From an uncultured Chloroflexia bacterium (GTDB lineage: Bacteria > Chloroflexota > Limnocylindria > Limnocylindrales > CSP1-4), in assembly GCA_963828165.1 (NCBI GenBank), contig CAWHDR010000006.1, forward strand, positions 1-24,105: a stretch of DNA of 24,105 nucleotides, given 5' to 3'. The notes under the pieces were generated by a model. That model was not told the origin of the DNA and did not search any database. It worked only from the letters and a program-made list of their open reading frames with translations. Positions 18,198-24,105 of the stretch are shown one piece after another. The position numbers and the translations under genes were made by a program. Every line of letters begins with the position of its first letter. Positions within the stretch are counted from its first letter, which is position 1.

Positions 18198-19773
18198 TCT
18201 CCGTCATGTCGTACGGCCGCAGCTTGCCGGCCGACGTGAACGAGCGATCGGGGAGCAACGGCAGGTCGGCGTCGAAATAGCGGTCGAACAGCAGGCGGAA
18301 GGTATTGACCGAGCTGAGGGTCGTCGACGGCGTCAGCGCGCCATCGCCGGGCAGGTACATCGCGTTCAGGATCCCGAACTTGATCTCCAGCTCGTCCGTC
18401 GAGGCGGTCGCCCAGTCGTACCCGATCGTGTTGCGGGCGTACTCGCGGGGGTAGGGGCCTTCGTCCGCCTGGAGGATGATGATCGGCCGCTCCGCCTCGG
18501 GACGGGCCAGCAGCCGGTCCACGAGGGCCTCGATCCGCGTCTGCAGGTAGGTCAGCTGTTCGCCGTACGCCAGTGCCTGCCGGCGACCGCGGTCCGCTTC
18601 GTCGGTCACGAACGACCCGTCGCTCGCGAACGTGTACGGGGGGTGCGGGATCATCACGTGCGCAAAGACGAATGCCGGACCTGGGTCGTCCGCGACGTCG
18701 TCGAGGGTATCGAGCTGGAACCGCCCGACCTCGTAATGTCGTTCGCGGGCCGGTGCCGCCAGGCTGATGCCGAGGCGGTGCGCCGCCGCTGGCAGCGCCG
18801 AGGTGTCGTACAGCGAGGCGACGAAATCGGACGGTCCGCCGGGCGGCAGGTTGCGGTCGGCGATCACGCTCGTCTTGGTCGGGCCGTAGAACGATCCAAC
18901 GTGGACGTACTGGTAGCCCCGCTCGCGCAGGAACCGGCCGACGGCGTGGTCCGACAGCCGTTCGAACACGGGACCGTGGTCGTCGGACGCGGGGTCCTGT
19001 GCGGCCACGAGGTCGTCGAGGTAGTCCAGATTCAGCGTCGCCGCCAGCGACAGCGACGTCTTGACGTAGTTCGCGTGGCTGTCGGTCACGATCTGGAACC
19101 CGCGAGCGCGAAGCCGATCGAGGAAGGGGCGATCGTCGATCTCGTACTGCAGCTGGAGGGAGCTCGCCGAGCCGTATCGATCGAACACGAGGTACCAGAT
19201 GTCACGGCCCGGGCCGGCGCTCCCGCCGATCGCTGCCTGCGCGGTCGTGCCGCGCCCGAAGCGGGCGATCTCGGCAGGGACGATCGTGACGAGGGCGAAC
19301 ACGACCAGGAGCGCCGTCACGATGTTGAGCGCGCGCGTCATGCCCGCCAGACGCGCATCGCGCAAACGGACCGCGGCGATGGCGACGACGACCAGGAATA
19401 CCGCCCAGCCGATCTGCTGGAAGCCCGCTTTGACGCCGAGCGGAGCCAGCACCCCGGCGAGGTGGCCGTACAGGAGCAACGCGGCCGCCAGAGCGGAGAC
19501 GCCGAGAGCCGCCCGACGCGCGTCGCCCAGGATGGGTGCCCCGATCAGCAGCAGCGCGAGCGCGGCCGCGACGATGACGACGAGCGGTGCGACCAGGTCT
19601 GACGGCTCGAGCTCGCCCAGGTTCTGCCCGTACAGGAACAGGACCGGGTACGCCGCCAGCAGCAAGGGATGCAGGGGCAAAGGTCGGCCACGCCACGCCG
19701 AGCGGATCCGCCCCGGGAGCCGAGCCGTCGCGCCATCGGCGGTGCCCGGCAGGGTCGGTGCTTCGGTCGTCAC
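18151..19773 (-). CDS. Membrane-anchored alkaline-phosphatase-superfamily (LtaS/sulfatase-like) protein, copy A
   Basis: About 5 N-terminal TM helices, then DIWYLVFDRY (metal Asp), ANYVKTSLS (putative Thr nucleophile), FAHVMIPHPPY, IIILQADEG. Confidence 0.8.
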   Translation of the reverse strand: MTTEAPTLPGTADGATARLPGRIRSAWRGRPLPLHPLLLAAYPVLFLYGQNLGELEPSDLVAPLVVIVAAALALLLIGAPILGDARRAALGVSALAAALLLYGHLAGVLAPLGVKAGFQQIGWAVFLVVVAIAAVRLRDARLAGMTRALNIVTALLVVFALVTIVPAEIARFGRGTTAQAAIGGSAGPGRDIWYLVFDRYGSASSLQLQYEIDDRPFLDRLRARGFQIVTDSHANYVKTSLSLAATLNLDYLDDLVAAQDPASDDHGPVFERLSDHAVGRFLRERGYQYVHVGSFYGPTKTSVIADRNLPPGGPSDFVASLYDTSALPAAAHRLGISLAAPARERHYEVGRFQLDTLDDVADDPGPAFVFAHVMIPHPPYTFASDGSFVTDEADRGRRQALAYGEQLTYLQTRIEALVDRLLARPEAERPIIILQADEGPYPREYARNTIGYDWATASTDELEIKFGILNAMYLPGDGALTPSTTLSSVNTFRLLFDRYFDADLPLLPDRSFTSAGKLRPYDMTEITDRLPPPRSSAVDP

Positions 19774-19814
19774 GAGGGGATTATCGGGCCGTCAACCATC
19801 ACGCGCGGTCCGCT

Positions 19815-19859
19815 CGCGAACCGGCCGCCCGCGGACCGGCGACCCGCGGACCGGCCGCC
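19815..19859. repeat. Three tandem 15-bp imperfect repeats
   Basis: cgcgaaccggccgcc / cgcggaccggcgacc / cgcggaccggccgcc, plus a partial copy cgcgaccggc at 19866-19875. Confidence 0.8.
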
Positions 19860-19874
19860 GGCCATCGCGACCGG

Positions 19875-21467
19875 CTAGGATCCGGCGCTCGGCAGGCGAT
19901 CCGTGATCTCGGTGAGGTCGTACGGCCGGTATTTGCCCGCGGAGGTGAACGTCCGGTCGGGGAGCAGCGGCAGGTCGGCGTCGAAGTACGCGTTGAAGAT
20001 CAACCGGAAGGTGTTCACGGAGCTGAGGGTGGTGGGCACCGCGGGCGCCTCGCCCCCGGGCAGGTACATGGCGTTGAAGATCCCGAACTTGATCTCGAGG
20101 TCCTCGGTCGCCGCCGTGGCCCAGTCGTAGCCGACGGTATCCCGTGCGTAGTCGACCGGGTAGGGACCCTCATCCGCCTGGAGGACGATGATCGGCCGCT
20201 CGGCGTCCGGCAGCGCGAGGAGACGGTCGACCAGGGCCTCGAGTCTCGCCTGCAGATAGACCAGCTGCTGGGCGTACCCCTCCGCGTTGGTCAGCGCCGC
20301 GTCCTCCTCGTCGGTCAGGAACCTGCCGTCGCTCGCGAAGGTGTAGGGGGGATGCGGCAGCAGGACATGCGCGAAGACGAGCTTCGGGCCGGGTTCGGTC
20401 ACGAGGTCGTCCAGCGTGTCCAGCTGGAAGCGGCCGACCTGGTGGTGCCGCTCTCGTGCGGGCGTGTTCGTGCGGATCCGCAGCCGTCGCGCGATGGCCG
20501 GCAGTGCCGACACGTCGAACAGCGCGTCGACGAAGTCGGACGGGCCATCGATCCGTGGGTTGACATCCGCCAGCGGACTCGTCTCGGTCGGGTCGTAGGT
20601 CGAGCCGACGTGGACATAGCGGTAGCCTCGATCGTGCAGGAAGTGGCCGACCGCGTGGTCGGCAAGGTGCCGGTAGATGGCCCCGTGATCCTCCGAGGCG
20701 GGGTCCTGCGCGGCGACGATGTCGTCGAGATAGTCGAGATTGAGCGTCGCCGCCAGCGACAGCGCGGTCTTGACGTAGTTCGCATGGCTGTCGGTCACGA
20801 CATCGAAGCCTCGGGCGCTCAGCCGATCGAGAAAGGGCCGGTCGTCGATCCCGTAGAGCAGGTCGAGCGATCGGGCGGACCCGTAGCGGTCGAACACCAG
20901 GTACCAGATGTCGCGCCCTGGGCCCGCGGTGCCTCCGATGGGCGTCGCCGACGCCGCGCTCCGGTTCGCGCGAGCGAATTCGGCGGGCACGATCGACACG
21001 AGGGTGACGATCACCAGGAGCGCGGTCACGAGGTTCATCCCGCGGGTCACCAGGGCCAGTCGATCCGAGCCAGCCTTGATCGCGAACACCGCCGTGAGCC
21101 CGATGAGGGCCATCCAGCCAACCTGGAGAACGACGGCTCGGACTCCAAGGGGACCCAGGAGGCCCGCGACGTGGCCGTACAGGAGGAGCGCGGCAGCCAA
21201 GGCGGAAACGACCAGGGCCGCCCGCCGGCCGTCACGGACGACGTACGCACCGACGATCAACGCCGCCAGCGCGGCGAGGACGATCGCGGCGAGGGGTCCG
21301 ACGAGATCGCTCGGGGCCAGTTCGCCCAGGTTCTGCCCGTACAGGAACAGGACCGGGTAGGCAGCCAGCAGCAGGGGATGCACGGGGAGCGGCCGGCCGC
21401 GCCAGGGCGTGCGAAGCCGGCCTCCCGCCTGAGCCGTGGCTCGGGAGGCCGTGCTATCGTTGGTCAT
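19875..21467 (-). CDS. Membrane-anchored alkaline-phosphatase-superfamily (LtaS/sulfatase-like) protein, copy B (tandem paralog of 18151..19773)
   Basis: Collinear with copy A over the full length, with long identical blocks (HPLLLAAYPVLFLYGQNLGEL, AGPGRDIWYLVFDRYGSA, LSLAATLNLDYLDD, LQADEGPYP). Confidence 0.8.
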   Translation of the reverse strand: MTNDSTASRATAQAGGRLRTPWRGRPLPVHPLLLAAYPVLFLYGQNLGELAPSDLVGPLAAIVLAALAALIVGAYVVRDGRRAALVVSALAAALLLYGHVAGLLGPLGVRAVVLQVGWMALIGLTAVFAIKAGSDRLALVTRGMNLVTALLVIVTLVSIVPAEFARANRSAASATPIGGTAGPGRDIWYLVFDRYGSARSLDLLYGIDDRPFLDRLSARGFDVVTDSHANYVKTALSLAATLNLDYLDDIVAAQDPASEDHGAIYRHLADHAVGHFLHDRGYRYVHVGSTYDPTETSPLADVNPRIDGPSDFVDALFDVSALPAIARRLRIRTNTPARERHHQVGRFQLDTLDDLVTEPGPKLVFAHVLLPHPPYTFASDGRFLTDEEDAALTNAEGYAQQLVYLQARLEALVDRLLALPDAERPIIVLQADEGPYPVDYARDTVGYDWATAATEDLEIKFGIFNAMYLPGGEAPAVPTTLSSVNTFRLIFNAYFDADLPLLPDRTFTSAGKYRPYDLTEITDRLPSAGS

Positions 21468-21513
21468 CAGGGGATTATCGGGCGGTTAACCAAGATCGGA
21501 GCGACCCGCGAAC

Positions 21514-21699
21514 ATGCTTGAACTCGCGTACATCGATCCGGGCACCGGCAGCCTCATCATCCAGACCGCGATCGCGGCCGCAGTCGCGATACCACTGTTC
21601 TTCCGGCACCAGATCGGCCGGTTCCTGAACGTGGTGCGCCGTCGCGGCGGCGAGGAAAAGCCCGCTGCGCCTGTGCATGACGGCACCCGGGGTCGCTGA
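21514..21699 (+). CDS. Small single-TM peptide with AYIDPGTGS motif
   Basis: MLELAYIDPGTGSLIIQTAIAAAVAIPLFFRHQIGRFLNVVRRR: motif, hydrophobic helix, basic tail. GC3-biased codons; overlaps the start of the downstream gene. The motif is one I recall from conserved hypothetical small proteins. Confidence 0.8.
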   Translation: MLELAYIDPGTGSLIIQTAIAAAVAIPLFFRHQIGRFLNVVRRRGGEEKPAAPVHDGTRGR

Positions 21700-23131
21700 C
21701 CCGGCCAACGCGGTGCCAGGCACCGACACGGCCACCCCGGCCGGCGCCGTCGAGCGGGACGGCGGCTCGTTCCGCGATCCGAGCGGTTTCATCTTCTGGC
21801 AGGACGGCCAGCCCTACCGCCAGATCCAGCGCAGTTTCGCGGCGGAGTGGGACGCGTTCGAGGCGAGCCCGCTCAAGCAGCGGCTCATCGAGGGTGACCG
21901 GCTCATCCCGTACGAGCCCATCTCGATCGAACGCGCGCAGGGCTCCGACGCCCACGCGGTCATCCGCCCCGAGAAGATCGAGTTCATCAGCTATCCGTTC
22001 GAGTGGACCTTCGGTGAGCTGCGCGATGCCGCGCTCCTGACGCTCGACGCGCAGCTCGACGCCATGGCCGAAGGCTGGCAGCTCAAGGATGCCTCGGCGT
22101 ACAACGTCCAGTTCCGTGATGCCCGGCCCATCCTGATCAATTCACTCTCGTTCGAGCCGCTCGAAGAGGGCGCGCCGTGGGTGGCGTACCGCCAGTTCTG
22201 TGAGCACTTCCTGGCGCCGCTGGCATTGATCGCCCGACGCGACGTCCGACTCGCGAGCTTGCTCCGCGCCGACCCCGACGGCGTGCCGCTGGATCTCGCC
22301 AGCAACCTTCTTCCGTGGCGGACGCGCCTAAGTTTCGGCTTGCTGTCGCATGTTCACCTCCATGCCCGAGCCCAACGGCGATATGCCGGCAGCGAGGATG
22401 AGGGCGACGTCGACGCGGCGCGGGGGGCGCGGATCAGCCGGCAGCGGCTCGAGGGCCTCATCCGGAACCTGCGTGGCACCGTCGAGCGGCTGCGCTGGGA
22501 GCCGGCCGGCACCGAGTGGTCCGACTACGCCGACCACACGAGCTACGGCGATGCCGCGACCGCGGACAAGGCGCGACTCGTGGAGGCGTTCGTCGGCGAG
22601 GCCACGGGCACGCGGCTCTGGGATCTTGGCGCCAACACCGGCCGGTACAGCCGGATCGCGGCCGACGCCGGCAAGCGCGTCCTGGCATTCGACATCGACC
22701 CGGCGGCGGCGGAGCGGAACTATCGCCAGCTACGCGCCGAGGGCAGGACCGACATCCTGCCGCTCATCCTCGATGTCGCGAACCCGAGCCCGGGTATCGG
22801 CTGGGCGGGTCGTGAGCGCCGCTCGCTCCTCGACCGCGCGGATCCGGACATCGCGCTGGCTCTGGCCCTCGTCCACCACCTGGCGATCTCGCGCAACGTG
22901 CCGCTGCCGATGGTGCTCGGGTTCTTCGCGGATCTCGCTCCGTGGGCGATCGTCGAGTTCGTCCCCAAGGAGGACCGCATGGTCCGGCGGCTGCTGGCCA
23001 CGCGTCGCGACGTGTTCCCCGACTACACCCTCGACGGCTTCCGGGCGGCCGCATCGGAACGTTTCGAGGTCGTGCGGGAGGCGCCGATCGAGGACAGCCT
23101 CCGGGTCCTGTTCCTGTTGCGCCGCCGCTGA
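21677..23131 (+). CDS. NoeA-like protein: N-terminal kinase-like domain plus C-terminal class I SAM-dependent methyltransferase
   Basis: GSFRDPSGFIF, ISYPFEW, LKDASAYNVQF, WVAYRQFCEHFLAPL (recalled as NoeA-family blocks); methyltransferase motifs WDLGANTG, AFDID, LALVHHLAI, VEFVPKED. Confidence 0.82.
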   Translation: MTAPGVADPANAVPGTDTATPAGAVERDGGSFRDPSGFIFWQDGQPYRQIQRSFAAEWDAFEASPLKQRLIEGDRLIPYEPISIERAQGSDAHAVIRPEKIEFISYPFEWTFGELRDAALLTLDAQLDAMAEGWQLKDASAYNVQFRDARPILINSLSFEPLEEGAPWVAYRQFCEHFLAPLALIARRDVRLASLLRADPDGVPLDLASNLLPWRTRLSFGLLSHVHLHARAQRRYAGSEDEGDVDAARGARISRQRLEGLIRNLRGTVERLRWEPAGTEWSDYADHTSYGDAATADKARLVEAFVGEATGTRLWDLGANTGRYSRIAADAGKRVLAFDIDPAAAERNYRQLRAEGRTDILPLILDVANPSPGIGWAGRERRSLLDRADPDIALALALVHHLAISRNVPLPMVLGFFADLAPWAIVEFVPKEDRMVRRLLATRRDVFPDYTLDGFRAAASERFEVVREAPIEDSLRVLFLLRRR

Positions 23132-23147
23132 GGTCTGCGTCCCCGGC

Positions 23148-23209
23148 TGTGGACAGCCTGTGGAGAGGCCCTCGAAATGCAAGCCTCCGGCAAGGAAACT
23201 CGTGGATAA
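23148..23209 (-). promoter_or_regulatory. Cluster of three DnaA-box-like 9-mers (unit 1)
   Basis: TGTGGACAG (23148), TGTGGAGAG (23159) and CGTGGATAA (23201) versus consensus TGTGGATAA, with 2, 2 and 1 mismatches. All are in the same orientation and the first two are 2 nt apart. Confidence 0.6.
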
Positions 23210-23250
23210 CACGATTGTCCCAGGGGTCCCGTGCGGAGAAGGTAGAGTCT

Positions 23251-23340
23251 CGCCGAAGGGGCACGAACATCTAGTGATCTGATCTGTGTTTACATGGATC
23301 GGGGCATCTAGTGATCGAGTTCCTTCGGGCGTTTCTTTTT
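23251..23340 (+). ncRNA. Candidate long-hairpin small RNA, unit 1
   Basis: 11 consecutive pairs 23278-23288/23293-23303 around a TTTA loop; basal GAAGGGGC/GTTCCTTC stem. Six G-U and no A-C pairs in these stems on the + strand. Followed by TTTCTTTTT; TAGAGT at 23243-23248 upstream. Confidence 0.5.
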
Positions 23341-23404
23341 GTCCGCCGGAGGACATGGTGCGGCAGGCGCGTGGCACGAGTGCCGGGGCGACCAGGTGCG
23401 GTTC

Positions 23405-23464
23405 TGTGGATGGGCTGTGGACGGGCGAGCCCGCACCGCACCCAATTCGCAAAGTCGTGCATAA
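23405..23464 (-). promoter_or_regulatory. Cluster of three DnaA-box-like 9-mers (unit 2)
   Basis: TGTGGATGG (23405), TGTGGACGG (23416) and CGTGCATAA (23456); nearly the same spacing as unit 1. Confidence 0.5.
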
Positions 23465-23507
23465 ACCCCTTTCCCAGGCCCCGGCCTCGCCGGATACAGT
23501 TCGTCTT

Positions 23508-23595
23508 GCTCAAAGGGGCGCCAGACCGCAAGTAGCGAGAGCGGCGTTTACATCGGTATTGACAACTACGGACCGGCCGTTCCTTCGGGCGTTTT
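23508..23595 (+). ncRNA. Candidate long-hairpin small RNA, unit 2 (more mismatched)
   Basis: GCTCAAAGGGGCG...CGTTCCTTCGGGC basal stem with imperfect arms centred on the same G-TTTA-C loop (23546-23551), followed by TTTT; TACAGT at 23495-23500 upstream. Confidence 0.38.
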
Positions 23596-23596
23596 G

Positions 23597-24105
23597 ATGT
23601 CCCGGGCAGCTCGCGCCGCGATCGCACACCCGGACCTGGAGCCGGCGGCCATCCGCGCCGCCCACGATCGGATCGATCCCGTCTTCACCGGCACGCCCCA
23701 GTACCTCCACGAGGGCCTGTCCGGCGCCTGGGCGTCCCGGTCGTGGTCAAGGTCGAGAAGTCAACCGGATCCGCGCTTCAAGGGCCGCGGCACGTGGGTC
23801 GCGACGGCGGCGCTGGCGGGGAGGGGGAACATCGGCGAGACCGTGCCATCGTGCGCGTGTCCGCGTAATCTTCGGCCAGGGCGTCGCCTACGCCGCACGC
23901 GCCCTGGGCGGGCCCCTGCGGCGCGCTTCTGCTCCACCCGGGCGAATTGCGCCAAGCACTTGACCGCACGCGGGCGCCGGCGCCACGGTGATCGAGGCTG
24001 GCGAAGATTTCGACGACGCCCGCGTCGTCTCAGAGACCTATGCGGCCGAGCACGATGCCACGCTCCTCGTCGATGGGGACGATGCCCGCATCGCGACGGG
24101 CGCCG
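23597..24105 (+). CDS. PLP-dependent enzyme, threonine/serine dehydratase family (fold type II); multiply frameshifted, runs off window end
   Basis: Fragments across frames: MSRAAR...IRAAHDRIDPVFTGTPQY, RLGVPVVVKVE, FKGRG (PLP lysine), FGQGVAYAARALG, GATVIEAGEDFDDAR...LVDGDDARIATGA. Confidence 0.78.
   Translation, partial: MSRAARAAIAHPDLEPAAIRAAHDRIDPVFTGTPQYLHEGLSGAWASRSWSRSRSQPDPRFKGRGTWVATAALAGRGNIGETVPSCACPRNLRPGRRLRRTRPGRAPAARFCSTRANCAKHLTARGRRRHGDRGWRRFRRRPRRLRDLCGRARCHAPRRWGRCPHRDGR

Larger units (their letters stand above)
23148..23594. repeat. Degenerate ~257-bp tandem duplication filling the intergenic region
   Basis: Matching elements at offsets 255-260: TGTGGA pairs 23148/23159 vs 23405/23416; aaa-c/g-TCGTG-g/c-ATAA 23201 vs 23456; TCCCAGG; AAGGGGC; GTTTACAT 23288 vs 23546; exact 16-mer GTTCCTTCGGGCGTTT 23319 vs 23579. 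Confidence 0.85.

Noticed and set aside
21677-23131. Nodulation function implied by NoeA similarity
   Set aside because: No nodABC or other symbiosis genes are present; the family name reflects where it was first found, so no gene symbol was assigned.
23225-23270. Glycine-riboswitch-like words (GCGGAGA...CGCCGAAGGGGCA)
   Set aside because: The conserved downstream CTCTCAGG element is absent, and the segment is better explained as the arm of the long hairpin.
23261-23316. Two CATCTAGTGATC copies resembling NrdR boxes
   Set aside because: The left halves fit the NrdR palindrome poorly, the 37-bp spacing is not a whole number of helical turns, no nrd gene is adjacent, and the two copies pair with each other in the hairpin.
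23559-23564. Perfect TTGACA upstream of the PLP-enzyme gene
   Set aside because: No TAnnnT hexamer 16-19 nt downstream; it lies within the hairpin-2 arm.
23148-23594. CRISPR array
   Set aside because: Only two units about 257 bp apart, no 25-45 bp repeat-spacer periodicity and no cas genes.
23271-23627. Short ORFs in the intergenic gap (23286..23597, 23311..23535, 23271..23627)
   Set aside because: No recognisable motifs, atypical codon usage, and the repeat's conserved islands have variable offsets (255-260) that do not preserve a reading frame.

Overview
GC-rich (about 70% by eye) bacterial chromosomal segment. Gene style tentatively suggests Chloroflexota or Actinomycetota, which is inference only. 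A housekeeping scaffold (PHP phosphoesterase, terC-family, miaB, miaA, hflX) is interrupted by a ~9.4 kb catabolic block: a Tat-lipoprotein Dpp/Opp-type ABC importer converging on a non-pyrrolysine MttB-family methyltransferase and an Fe-S flavo-oxidoreductase. After hflX lies a surface-modification locus: a GT-C-type membrane glycosyltransferase, two tandem-duplicated membrane alkaline-phosphatase-superfamily (LtaS/sulfatase-like) proteins, a 61-aa 'AYIDPGTGS' membrane peptide and a NoeA-like protein (kinase-like N-terminus plus SAM methyltransferase). The ~465 bp non-coding gap at 23132-23596 is a degenerate ~257 bp tandem duplication. Each unit carries three DnaA-box-like 9-mers followed by a long hairpin with an identical G-TTTA-C loop and a T-tract. 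Most genes appear leaderless (TAnnnT-like hexamer 6-9 nt before the start). At least five genes contain small frameshifts that look like sequencing or assembly indels, worst at the right end. The two best candidates for something undescribed are the duplicated DnaA-box/hairpin element and the peptide/NoeA-like/LtaS-like/GT-C module.
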